Shown here in pieces: positions 31,909-41,441 of a stretch of DNA of 64,000 nucleotides. A program made the translations under genes and the position numbers. A model generated the notes under the pieces. That model was given only the letters and a program-made list of their open reading frames with translations. It did no database searches and was not told the origin of the DNA. Location: positions 151,251 to 215,250 of the IMG/VR virus record IMGVR_UViG_3300031963_000006, one strand, 5' to 3'. The stretch's first letter is position 1; the number at the start of each line of letters is the position of its first letter.

Positions 31909-32068
31909 AATAGTAGTCGGAAAAAATAAAATAAACGAAATTGAGTCGGATTTAAATTTGATTGAAATTTATAAAAAGTACGACGCCATGATATTTGAAT
32001 CTAATGAAATAAGAAATAAATTTAAATTTTTTGAAAATGAATACAATCAAAAAAAAGTTATTGGATAA
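31895..32068 (+). CDS. 57-aa hypothetical protein (not in the ORF track)
   Basis: MGFNKIVVGK...; bridges neighbouring genes. Confidence 0.55.
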   Translation: MGFNKIVVGKNKINEIESDLNLIEIYKKYDAMIFESNEIRNKFKFFENEYNQKKVIG

Positions 32069-32222
32069 GTTAAGAAGACCCGTCCACATTACGTTTATTT
32101 CTAAACACATTTTAAAACTTTCTATGGAAGAAACTGAAAAAGTTATAAATGAAATGGTGGATGAAGGGTTGGTAGAAGAAAGTAAGTATGGTAAAGGTTA
32201 TTATGTTGTAAAAAGTATATAA
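32037..32222 (+). CDS. Small winged-helix-like protein
   Basis: ISKHILKLSMEETEKVINEMVDEGLVE. Confidence 0.6.
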   Translation: MNTIKKKLLDKLRRPVHITFISKHILKLSMEETEKVINEMVDEGLVEESKYGKGYYVVKSI

Positions 32223-32226
32223 AATT

Positions 32227-32451
32227 ATGAAAGAAATGGTGAATCATCCTGACCATTACGGTGGTGAGGAAAACACATATGAAGTAGTAAAAGTATGTGA
32301 GGCTTGGGGACTTGACATGGATGCTTATCTATTCAATGTGGTTAAATACGTGGCAAGAGCGGGCAAGAAAGATTCAGATAAGGAACTCCAAGACCTAAAG
32401 AAGGCCCTTTGGTATTTAGATAGAAAAATTCAAAATCTTGAAAAAAAATGA
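32227..32451 (+). CDS. DUF3310-family phage protein
   Basis: VNHPDHY...NVVKYVARAGKK...DLKKALWYL. Confidence 0.85.
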   Translation: MKEMVNHPDHYGGEENTYEVVKVCEAWGLDMDAYLFNVVKYVARAGKKDSDKELQDLKKALWYLDRKIQNLEKK

Positions 32452-32580
32452 ATTTGATTTGGTGGGTGTTTGTTTTTTCAATATTTTTTTATCCATTGTT
32501 TATATTTGTGGTAATTTATACTAACAAATATCCAAACAATAGATTTTCGAAGTGGTGGAAAAAACACATTATAGATAAAA

Positions 32581-33447
32581 ATGAAAATTATGATTGAAAA
32601 CTATATAAATAAAGTAATTAACGGAGATTGCATCAAAGTTATGGGTGAAATGCCCGAAGGTTCTATTGACTTGATTGTTACTAGTCCACCCTATGGAGTG
32701 AACATTGCATATGACACCCATGATGATGATATGGAAATTAATGAGTATCTTGAGTTCAGTAAGAACTGGCTAACCGAGGCTTATAAAGTTTTGAAAGACG
32801 ATGGAAGAATTGCCTTGAATATCCCCTACGAGATTAACCGTCAAGAAAAGGGTGGTCGTATATTTTTTGTATCCGAGGTTTATCAGATTATGAAACAAAT
32901 TGGATTTAAATTCTTTGGAATTGTTGACCTTGAAGAGGATAGTCCCCACAGAAGTAAGACAACGGCTTGGGGTAGTTGGATGAGTCCGTCAAGTCCATAT
33001 ATCTATAACCCAAAAGAGTGTGTAATACTTGCATATAAGAAAAACCACATTAAGAAAGTTAAGGGTCAACCACAATGGAAGGGCGAACCAATAACAACCG
33101 AGGAAGGTAAGACAAAGATGTTGTACACCGAACAGGACAAAAAGGAATTTATGGAATTGGTGTTCGGGCAATGGAAGTATCTTAATGACTCAAGACCACT
33201 AACCAAGGCAACTTTCTCAATGGACATCCCAACCAAGGCAATTAAGATATTGTCATATAAGAATGACATAATATTAGACCCCTTCAATGGTAGTGGAACA
33301 AGTTGTGTGGCTGCAGAAATTTTAGATAGAAGGTGGATTGGTATTGAACTTTCTGAAAATTATACTAAAATTGCTACAGAAAGGATACAATCTTTCGTTG
33401 ACCAAAAAAGGCAACAAGTTTTAGAGTTTGAAAATGGGGGTGAATAA
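32581..33447 (+). CDS. DNA methyltransferase, N4/N6 beta class
   Basis: TSPPY precedes DPFNGSGT. Confidence 0.9.
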   Translation: MKIMIENYINKVINGDCIKVMGEMPEGSIDLIVTSPPYGVNIAYDTHDDDMEINEYLEFSKNWLTEAYKVLKDDGRIALNIPYEINRQEKGGRIFFVSEVYQIMKQIGFKFFGIVDLEEDSPHRSKTTAWGSWMSPSSPYIYNPKECVILAYKKNHIKKVKGQPQWKGEPITTEEGKTKMLYTEQDKKEFMELVFGQWKYLNDSRPLTKATFSMDIPTKAIKILSYKNDIILDPFNGSGTSCVAAEILDRRWIGIELSENYTKIATERIQSFVDQKRQQVLEFENGGE

Positions 33448-33489
33448 CCTCCATTTTTGTTTTTGTGAATATTTATATAAAAAAAATCT

Positions 33490-33675
33490 ATGAGAGGTAA
33501 AATTCTATCTGAAGAACAATTTAAAGATAAGTTAATCCAAATTTATAATGAGGAGAAACATTCTTTGGTCAAAGAAAAAATTCAAATGTATGTTGAAAAA
33601 AGAAAGTCTTCCGTTAACGAAGAGGTTCAAGATTCATTAATAACATTGAAGAATATTTTTGGAGGTAAAAAGTAA
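33490..33675 (+). CDS. Small protein with an ILSE leader
   Basis: TATTTAT upstream. Confidence 0.6.
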   Translation: MRGKILSEEQFKDKLIQIYNEEKHSLVKEKIQMYVEKRKSSVNEEVQDSLITLKNIFGGKK

Positions 33676-35075
33676 TGAAAAAAATACTCTCAGAAAGTGG
33701 TATAAGAGATATCAAAGCTTTATCTCAAAGATATCCAAAGGCTGAAATATATTTTCACCAAGACCTTGATGGGGTCACTACGGCCATAGCCATGAAATCA
33801 TATCTTGAACAACATGGTATTGAGGTAATTGACGCTCACGTAATTCAATATGGTGACAAAGAGTTTTCAATAAAGAAAAACGACGCAACAGGTGATGTGA
33901 TGCCGGTTCTTGTTGATTTTGCCCACGGTAAACCAATGTTCGTTATTCATACTGACCACCACGATAGACAAGCTGGCGCCGAAGATACCAAATCAACATC
34001 TTTCAGACAATCTCGTTCAAATGTAGAGACAATATCACAGATTGTTTCACCTAAAGAAATATTTCCAGAAAAAGATATTTTATTAATTTCAACAGTTGAT
34101 TCTGCCAACTTCGCAAAATATGATATTACTCCTGAACAAGTAATGAATTATTTGTTTAAGTTTGATAAAGACTCGTCATTATTAAAGAATAAAATGGCGA
34201 TGGGTATGGTTGCTAATAAATTATTATTGGCGTTTAAGAACAAACCTGGATTCTTAGAAAGATTAGTTATGGAATCAACTCCATCTTTAACTAATATTCT
34301 TGTTAATATAAGACAAATTATGAAGGAAAAGGGATATGCTGATATTCCCGAACTTGAAAAACATAAGGAGGATTATGTTCAAAAAATGAAGAGTTATCCT
34401 GAAGTATCTAATAATATAATAGTTCAATACGGTGGTGGTAGTATGATGAAACCAGGTTCATATGATAGATATACACCATTTAGAAATAACCCTGAGGCGG
34501 ACTTTTTAGTTATTGCCTGGCCAATGGGACTGTTACAGGCTTCTTGTAATCCATTTAAAAAAGATAGAGAATTGAAAGGTGTTAACTTAGGTGATATTGC
34601 CCAAGAGGTATTATCTAAATGGGAAGGACAATTAAAGGACAGACAAATACCACTATCAACTATCAAATGGATATCTGAAGACGTTAAAGGTTTTGGACCT
34701 GAGTCAGTTGGATTTACCTTCAAAGATTTTGTGGCTTTATATGGTAAGAACTATAAGTCAATGCAAAATGGAAAAGAAGAGTTGATTAACATAGGTAATT
34801 TGATGGAAAAACCATTTGAACAGTTGACCGATGAAGAGAGACAAATATTAGATGATGTTACGGTTAGTGCTTGGGATGTCATTCAATCCAATTCAGGGGG
34901 GCACAAATGTATTACAAACATTTCAGGTTTAATGTATATGGGAAGGTCCAATAGACCACCACAAGGAAAATACAAGTATGACCCCGAGAGAGAGGATTCC
35001 CCATACGTTAAATTTCTTAAGATGTTACAAAGAGAATTTGTTAGAGTATTACAGGAAAAGATTGGTCAGTCTTAA
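33675..35075 (+). CDS. DHH-family phosphoesterase
   Basis: HQDLDG, VDF, TDHH, GGH. Confidence 0.8.
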   Translation: MKKILSESGIRDIKALSQRYPKAEIYFHQDLDGVTTAIAMKSYLEQHGIEVIDAHVIQYGDKEFSIKKNDATGDVMPVLVDFAHGKPMFVIHTDHHDRQAGAEDTKSTSFRQSRSNVETISQIVSPKEIFPEKDILLISTVDSANFAKYDITPEQVMNYLFKFDKDSSLLKNKMAMGMVANKLLLAFKNKPGFLERLVMESTPSLTNILVNIRQIMKEKGYADIPELEKHKEDYVQKMKSYPEVSNNIIVQYGGGSMMKPGSYDRYTPFRNNPEADFLVIAWPMGLLQASCNPFKKDRELKGVNLGDIAQEVLSKWEGQLKDRQIPLSTIKWISEDVKGFGPESVGFTFKDFVALYGKNYKSMQNGKEELINIGNLMEKPFEQLTDEERQILDDVTVSAWDVIQSNSGGHKCITNISGLMYMGRSNRPPQGKYKYDPEREDSPYVKFLKMLQREFVRVLQEKIGQS

Positions 35076-35413
35076 TAGACTAATTCATCACCCTCTAATA
35101 TACCTTTTTGTTTACAGGTTCCACCCTTTACTTCTAAAACCATATCACCTTCACCACAATAATTCCTACATTCATCGTCTTTACATGGAAGACAATTGTG
35201 ATGTATTTTTGTTATGATGTCATCTTTAATAAAAATGATATCCAAATTTATAATACAGTTATTCATCCAAAAACAATGTTCATCACTACCCATCATGAAT
35301 AACATACCGTTAAAGTCTTTGTCGAATTTTTTACCCATCATACCTTTTTGGGTTTCTTTTTCCGACACTAAAACTTTAACTTTGAATTTAGTGTTATTTA
35401 TACTTAACATCAT
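35072..35413 (-). CDS. DUF192-family protein
   Basis: GMM...GMLF...FWMNN...LDIIF...VLEV. Confidence 0.85.
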   Translation of the reverse strand: MMLSINNTKFKVKVLVSEKETQKGMMGKKFDKDFNGMLFMMGSDEHCFWMNNCIINLDIIFIKDDIITKIHHNCLPCKDDECRNYCGEGDMVLEVKGGTCKQKGILEGDELVY

Positions 35414-35620
35414 AATGATAAATACTTTATGATATGAAAATGATTTATTTTATAAAATAATTAAGTTTTTTTGTTTAAAATTTAACTTTTTAATAATTTA
35501 TACATATTTATACGAAAAATAAGCCCAACACCCCTTTCTAAATAGTTGGTTAAAACTAAACCCTAAAATTCCCCCAAAGATTTTTAGGGTTTTTGTTTTT
35601 TTCGTATATTTGTACCCATT

Positions 35621-36052
35621 ATGAAAAATAAACTATCCATAGTTAATAAGAAAGCTCGTTATGAATATGAGTTTATTTCTACGTTCACTGCAGGTATCCA
35701 ATTGATTGGAAGTGAGGTAAAGACAATAAAAAAGGGTAAACTTTCAATAAATGACGCCTTCTGTATTTTTAAAGAAAATGAACTTTTTATTAAAAATATG
35801 GTTTTGACTGAGAAAGTTAATGAGTTTTCACCTGATGTTAAACGAGATAAAAAATTGTTGTTAAAAAAGTCCGAACTAAATGGATTGAAAAGAGATATGA
35901 TTAAAGGACTAACAATAATTGTTAATAAAGTGTTTGAAAATGATAAAGGGTTGATAAAAGTTGAAATTTCTCTTGCAAAAGGTAAAAAACTGTACGATAA
36001 ACGTAATACAATTAAGGAAAGAGAACTAAATAGGGACAAAAAATTTGTATGA
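35621..36052 (+). CDS. smpB: SsrA-binding protein SmpB
   Basis: NKKARYEY, AGIQLIGSEVK, KKLLL, AKGKKLYDKR. Confidence 0.93.
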   Translation: MKNKLSIVNKKARYEYEFISTFTAGIQLIGSEVKTIKKGKLSINDAFCIFKENELFIKNMVLTEKVNEFSPDVKRDKKLLLKKSELNGLKRDMIKGLTIIVNKVFENDKGLIKVEISLAKGKKLYDKRNTIKERELNRDKKFV

Positions 36053-36089
36053 TTGTAAATTATTCGTATATTTGTAAAAATTATAACTC

Positions 36090-36365
36090 ATGACCACAAT
36101 TACCCACACAATCAAAATAGAAAACGAAAAGTTCGGAGTTATCCTTAATGAGACTTTTATTGACCCTATCCAGTTTAAGTTGTTTCTTAAAATGATACAA
36201 GCTTGTATTGAACTTAAGAATGACCTATCATTCTTCAACGGGGTTGAATTTTTAGTTCACGTACCGCATCGGTTCCTCTCTGATTCTATTATTACTACAT
36301 CTCTTAGTTCAATCGAGATGTCAGAAATTGTAAAAAGTAAAATCGAAGCACTAGTAACAAAATGA
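36090..36365 (+). CDS. Hypothetical protein
   Basis: TTTG...TATATTTG promoter upstream. Confidence 0.75.
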   Translation: MTTITHTIKIENEKFGVILNETFIDPIQFKLFLKMIQACIELKNDLSFFNGVEFLVHVPHRFLSDSIITTSLSSIEMSEIVKSKIEALVTK

Positions 36366-36718
36366 TTATAGATTCAAATACATTCGGTTGGTTATTGTCA
36401 GCGGCTATTGCCGTGTTGATATTAGTAAAGTTTTGGAAACGAACCATCAAATTTATTTTGATTGCGGTTGCTGCTTTATTTGTATTAATGGTTGTTCAAA
36501 TTAAGTCATTTTACGATTCTGTCATTCTTCCCGATAAAGTAAATAAAACTGAAAAGGTTGATATTAAAATTGAGGATGACACCAAAGTTAAGATTCCAAA
36601 AAAAGATACTGTAAAAACAAAATCATCAGAAAAACAATCAAAGGTTATGGTTCATGCCAAGTATGATACCTTAACCAAAAAGATTGAAATTGAGGATATT
36701 GAGGTTCTGAATGAGTGA
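36362..36718 (+). CDS. Membrane protein
   Basis: Two N-terminal TM segments. Confidence 0.7.
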   Translation: MIIDSNTFGWLLSAAIAVLILVKFWKRTIKFILIAVAALFVLMVVQIKSFYDSVILPDKVNKTEKVDIKIEDDTKVKIPKKDTVKTKSSEKQSKVMVHAKYDTLTKKIEIEDIEVLNE

Positions 36719-36765
36719 TTTTCTTGGTATATTAAAACCAAGTGGTGGACCGGTAAAACGGGCTC

Positions 36766-36793
36766 AAAAAAGGAGAGAAATCTCCTTTTTTTT
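36766..36793. terminator. Intrinsic terminator
   Basis: aaaaaggaga-GAAA-tctccttttt. Confidence 0.75.
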
Positions 36794-36822
36794 GTTTTTT
36801 GATATTTATAATAAAAGACCAT

Positions 36823-37137
36823 ATGAAAAACATTCTTATATCTGAAAAACAACTTGCCGACTTGGTCGGTAAAGTTAAAAATAATGTTAGTGAGTCTAAT
36901 GAACCTGGTTCATACATGGCAAAACAACAACTTTTTATGTTGGCGACCATGGCTTATACCATGTGGGAAAAAATGGAAGACGGAGAACAACTTGAGGATT
37001 GGATGGAGAGTAAAATTGCTCAATCCGAACAAAGTATTTTGTCAGTTGTTAAAGCTTACATGTATGATGAATTCGTAGAAGACGAGAATTCAGGTATGGG
37101 TAAATTAAATTTTGACGAATTAGTTATAGGTAAATAA
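36823..37137 (+). CDS. Protein with an ILISE leader
   Basis: MKNILISEKQL; LEDWMESKI; TATTTAT upstream. Confidence 0.75.
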   Translation: MKNILISEKQLADLVGKVKNNVSESNEPGSYMAKQQLFMLATMAYTMWEKMEDGEQLEDWMESKIAQSEQSILSVVKAYMYDEFVEDENSGMGKLNFDELVIGK

Positions 37138-37157
37138 CCTTTAAAAAAAAAATTGAA

Positions 37158-37598
37158 ATGAACCTCTCTGAACTAAAATTAGTTAAGTTTCAATATTTAC
37201 TTAATCCTGATGAAGTTGATGACTTTTTGGCTACTAATATGACCAAGAAACAGAGAGAATGGGCTCAGAAAGTTTCTGAAACTGTACCAAGCGATAGTTC
37301 AAGTGAGGATTCTGGAAAGGCATGGGATGTGTTCTTGGCTGACGAAGACATGTTAAAACAAATCGAAAAATTTATAAAAGAGATTGGATTGTCGTTTCAT
37401 AAGATAGATTTATCCGAAGAATACTGTAAAAACGAAGGTATTGCTGATTCCATCCTTCAAAATAAAATTAGACGTTTTTTAGAGACCAATTATTCCATAG
37501 ATTATATATTAGATAGAATTAATGAAGTTGGAATAAAAAACTTAAATGTTTTTGAAAATTTTTATTTGGAAAAATATGGTGGTAAACAAGAGGAATAA
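37158..37598 (+). CDS. Hypothetical protein with a DUF6576-like C-terminus
   Basis: SIDYILDRINEVGIKNL. Confidence 0.7.
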   Translation: MNLSELKLVKFQYLLNPDEVDDFLATNMTKKQREWAQKVSETVPSDSSSEDSGKAWDVFLADEDMLKQIEKFIKEIGLSFHKIDLSEEYCKNEGIADSILQNKIRRFLETNYSIDYILDRINEVGIKNLNVFENFYLEKYGGKQEE

Positions 37599-37626
37599 AT
37601 AAAAAATTTATATTTATAAATAAAAA

Positions 37627-38076
37627 ATGGACAACAAATTTAAAAACAAACTCTTTGAAGAAGTTAAAAAAAGAGGATTGTTATCGGAACAAGAAGAAAC
37701 CGAAAAAAAATCAGGAAGTCTAACAGAAATGTTATCAATACTACTTCATTCAAGAAATCAAATTCATGTATTTCACTTACAAACTGAATCATACGCCGAA
37801 CATAAGGCTTTGGGTGATTTCTATGAAGGGATTGGTGATTTAATTGATGGTATTGTTGAAAGTCACCAAGGTAAACACGGAATTATTAAAGGATATGGTA
37901 CTGGTAAAATTGAAGACTACAAAAGTGGAGAACAAGTTATAACATATCTTGAAAAAATTGATTCAGTTATTGAAAAAAATAGAAAGTCAGTTAAAGAATC
38001 ATACATACAAAACCAAATTGATGAGGTTCAAACCTTACTCTATTCGACTTTATATAAAATGAAGTTTTTAAAATAA
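37627..38076 (+). CDS. Ferritin/Dps-like (DUF5856-like) protein
   Basis: HVFHLQTESYAEHKALGDFYE...QNQIDE. Confidence 0.7.
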   Translation: MDNKFKNKLFEEVKKRGLLSEQEETEKKSGSLTEMLSILLHSRNQIHVFHLQTESYAEHKALGDFYEGIGDLIDGIVESHQGKHGIIKGYGTGKIEDYKSGEQVITYLEKIDSVIEKNRKSVKESYIQNQIDEVQTLLYSTLYKMKFLK

Positions 38077-38145
38077 CTTAAATTGTCTTATCTTTGAACC
38101 CTCACCAATGGTGGGGGTTTTTAAATTTAAAGATATTTATACAAT

Positions 38146-38721
38146 ATGACAAAGTTCGATAAAACATTAATATCTTATATCAGTACAACTACTGATTTTG
38201 CAGATATTGATATAAGTGTGGAGGAACATCACGGTAGTAAGTATTTGATTGCTCGAGTTGATGTTGAAAAGATTGACGAAAATAGTCCAAAGTATGACCA
38301 ATCTTATGCGGAAAAATTAATCAGAAAAAGAAGACCAAATCAACCGGCTTTCATCACCCCTATGAATGCTTTGGAAAAAAGATTAGTAGAAGCGGGAAAA
38401 TTTTTTGGTGAATTAGAATATAAGACGGCTTTTTTACCAAAAAATCATGAATTTTTAGATGATATTGAGAAAAAAGTTCAAGAAGCGGTTAAAGAAATAA
38501 GTCCTGAGTTTGACGCTGGAATTTCGTGGGACTCCGATTACCCAAAACCTGTATTAACAATATATCTTGGTGGTCATAAAAACTACAATCAATTTTATAG
38601 AGCAAAATATGGTCTTGGCGGTGAAAATTTCTTAGAGGACATAGAAAAAAAAGTAGGTGATAATATATCACTCAGACATTATCAATGGAGAATTTCAAGT
38701 AGTAAGAAAACCGCTGATTAG
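38146..38721 (+). CDS. Hypothetical protein
   Basis: TATTTAT upstream. Confidence 0.75.
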   Translation: MTKFDKTLISYISTTTDFADIDISVEEHHGSKYLIARVDVEKIDENSPKYDQSYAEKLIRKRRPNQPAFITPMNALEKRLVEAGKFFGELEYKTAFLPKNHEFLDDIEKKVQEAVKEISPEFDAGISWDSDYPKPVLTIYLGGHKNYNQFYRAKYGLGGENFLEDIEKKVGDNISLRHYQWRISSSKKTAD

Positions 38722-39410
38722 AATTCTACATAACCAACAGTACCGTCACCTTCATCTTCCTCAATGTTTTGTTCAAATTGAAGTTCTATCAATTTTCTTG
38801 ATGGGTAAATATAAAACGAACCCTGAGACCCTTCATTAATCTCCCAACCACCAAAATGATATTGTAACATATCGTAACACCATTCTTCAATAAATGATGG
38901 TATGTCCATTGATTGACCGCTAGATAATTCAATATTGTCATGTATTTGACCTGAGTCACCACTACCATCAAAACTTAGTTTACCGGGCTCGTCACCCATT
39001 TGTTCAAAGAATCTATCAAAATCCTCTTTTAAATCACCAAAATCATCATCCTCACTATTCCATTCTTTATAAGAATCATCGGTTGAATATTCTCTATGAT
39101 AACCTTCAATATTCATTTTGCGCTCTTTAACATCAATTTCAAAGTGTAATGTACCGGAGCCATCGTAGTCATAATAATTCAATAATTCGGTTTCCCTTAA
39201 AATATAATCAATTAATTCATTAATTTTATCATAAGTATCAATTAGTGTATTTGTTTCAGAATACCAATAACTATCTACCCAATCTATACTACCACCTTCA
39301 TTAAGATATACTGTTAATGTTGCCGTTTTAGCACCATAACTACCGCAGTAGTATGAAAACAATTTTAAAGTTTTTAATTGTTCTTCTGATAATTTAAGAT
39401 TTTTTGTCAT
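38718..39410 (-). CDS. DUF6878-like acidic protein
   Basis: FDGSGDSGQI, GWEINEGSQG. Confidence 0.65.
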   Translation of the reverse strand: MTKNLKLSEEQLKTLKLFSYYCGSYGAKTATLTVYLNEGGSIDWVDSYWYSETNTLIDTYDKINELIDYILRETELLNYYDYDGSGTLHFEIDVKERKMNIEGYHREYSTDDSYKEWNSEDDDFGDLKEDFDRFFEQMGDEPGKLSFDGSGDSGQIHDNIELSSGQSMDIPSFIEEWCYDMLQYHFGGWEINEGSQGSFYIYPSRKLIELQFEQNIEEDEGDGTVGYVEF

Positions 39411-39423
39411 ACCAATAAATATT

Positions 39424-39780
39424 CTAATCTAGATTTAAGTCCAAAGTCCTAATCATCCACATTGGTTTTTCTTTGGACTCAATGGCTTGTATCCATTCAC
39501 GAGCCGATGGTATATAATTGTAACAATCCTCCTTGACATGTTGTTCTCCTACATAACGAGTATAGACAGTTTTACCATCACTATTTTCAAATGACATACC
39601 GAACTTCTTCTCACATTCAAAAATACCCTCAGAGTGATGTCTCATCATTCTGTGATAAGAACTACCAATCCATGACTTGGTTTCATCAAACCAATTGTGA
39701 ATCTCAATATAATCTTCAACTTTACCACCCCACTTTTTAACGGATGATTTTGAATGTTGTAAAGGATGAGCCATACTCAA
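39424..39780 (-). CDS. DUF6915-like protein
   Basis: MAHPLQHSKSSVKKWGG..DYIEIHNWFD..RHH..EQHVKED. Confidence 0.7.
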   Translation of the reverse strand: MSMAHPLQHSKSSVKKWGGKVEDYIEIHNWFDETKSWIGSSYHRMMRHHSEGIFECEKKFGMSFENSDGKTVYTRYVGEQHVKEDCYNYIPSAREWIQAIESKEKPMWMIRTLDLNLD

Positions 39781-39809
39781 AAATAGTAATTTTGATTATA
39801 TTTATCAAT

Positions 39810-40361
39810 ATGAAGTTTATTATCTCTGAACATCAACAAGAAAGATTGAGTGTTTATGACAAGGCTCAAAGAATGTTTTTTAAATTTTGGGACAAAAACG
39901 GGCCAAAGGCTGATGACTTGTTCTTCAAACTTTTTGGATTTACTAATATTGGTTTAGAGTTCGGAGGATTTATGATAAGTAGAAACGACGTTTATAGAAT
40001 GTTAAGAAAGTGGTATGGTGGTGATAACGCAAAATCTAAGGCAATTGACTTATTGAAACAAAAAAACTATACGGTTAATTCTTGTGGAGGATATAACTTT
40101 GATTTTGAAGTTGTTCATTATAAAATTGATAATGATATTGGTGAAATATATGTTATAGTAAAACCTGATGTAGAAAATGGAACAGTTACTTTATTAATGA
40201 TTGGAGGTGAGGAAGAAAATTTGGGTGATGCAATAAACAATCCTGATTATGGGTTTGAAATAGAAGGAGAAATAGCCGATTGCATCTATGAATTATTGAT
40301 TAAAAAAATCACAGAAACAACCGGCTTTTTAATTAGTATCGATAGATTAATTTTAGATTAA
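39810..40361 (+). CDS. Protein with an MKFIISE leader
   Basis: Start moved to the ATG 4 nt after TATTTAT. Confidence 0.75.
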   Translation: MKFIISEHQQERLSVYDKAQRMFFKFWDKNGPKADDLFFKLFGFTNIGLEFGGFMISRNDVYRMLRKWYGGDNAKSKAIDLLKQKNYTVNSCGGYNFDFEVVHYKIDNDIGEIYVIVKPDVENGTVTLLMIGGEEENLGDAINNPDYGFEIEGEIADCIYELLIKKITETTGFLISIDRLILD

Positions 40362-40966
40362 ACAATATCCGTAGATTCAACCAAAGTATAAGAAAACTTA
40401 TTACCATGAATTTTGGCGGCTTTCTTACATATTGACATAAATACGTCAAAATCTTTAACTCTTTTAAATACCTGACATCCCTCGCTCCAATTTTCCACCC
40501 ATTGAGAATCTTGACCGGCTTTGTGAATATTGATACCAAAGATACCAGTATCTGTTACTTTTTCTTCAAAAATTAAATCTTTGTTAGCATCTCTCCAAAC
40601 AGTAACGTTACCTAATCTCTGACACAAAGCGTCGTATTTACCCTGATGTTTGTCAATTTTCCAAACACCTCTGTATTGGTTTGGTACCAATCTAGCAACG
40701 CCCTTTTTATTGTGAAATTCCATAACACCTTTTTTACCTGGGTCTGTTGTGGCGCTCCAGCAGTGGAACTTCCAATTTCCTGTTTCATCCTTATAGGTGA
40801 TAGTAAGACAATCATCAAAAAGATTTGTAACTTTGTCTGCAATTGATGGGTGATTGTTTCTCACACCAACAATGTTAACATCGTAAGTTTTATTACTTGC
40901 ATCCTCAAACCAAGTGTAACCTTTTGATTTGACTGTTTTTTCAATTTGTTCTCTTGTGTAGCACAT
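40358..40966 (-). CDS. Putative peptidoglycan enzyme (YkuD/L,D-transpeptidase-like catalytic motif)
   Basis: GINIHKAG...WSEGCQV. Confidence 0.55.
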   Translation of the reverse strand: MCYTREQIEKTVKSKGYTWFEDASNKTYDVNIVGVRNNHPSIADKVTNLFDDCLTITYKDETGNWKFHCWSATTDPGKKGVMEFHNKKGVARLVPNQYRGVWKIDKHQGKYDALCQRLGNVTVWRDANKDLIFEEKVTDTGIFGINIHKAGQDSQWVENWSEGCQVFKRVKDFDVFMSICKKAAKIHGNKFSYTLVESTDIV

Positions 40967-41021
40967 AACTTATTTTTTTTGTTTTATTTAATCATAAATA
41001 TTTATTATCATATAAAATGTT

Positions 41022-41429
41022 ATGTCTAAAATTAAAGAAACATTAAGAGATAGGATTGGTAAAATTTTGGTTGAGACAGCAACCGAAAAATACTTAGAGA
41101 TTATCAAACACACATTAAAGGGTGATAGGGAATTTAAAGGTAAATACCTCATGCCTTATACTGATAAGGATGACTATGTTGATTTTATAATTAATTACCA
41201 TGTAACCAAAGTTAGTCTTTGGAAATCAAATGGAAAACATTGTCAGTACGAAGGTGTCGTTTATGTTAAAATAGATAAAATAATGGTTGGGTTTGAAGGT
41301 ACAAATGATTGGGAAGAAGTTAGAAGAATACAATATTTACCTTCTTGGGTTGAAGATGAGTTTAAAGATTTGATTCAAAACGAATTAAGTGTATTTGATA
41401 ATATCTGTATGGACGTTGATTACGAATAG
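41022..41429 (+). CDS. Hypothetical protein
   Basis: TATTTAT upstream; KILVE. Confidence 0.7.
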   Translation: MSKIKETLRDRIGKILVETATEKYLEIIKHTLKGDREFKGKYLMPYTDKDDYVDFIINYHVTKVSLWKSNGKHCQYEGVVYVKIDKIMVGFEGTNDWEEVRRIQYLPSWVEDEFKDLIQNELSVFDNICMDVDYE

Positions 41430-41441
41430 TCTAATTTTTGA

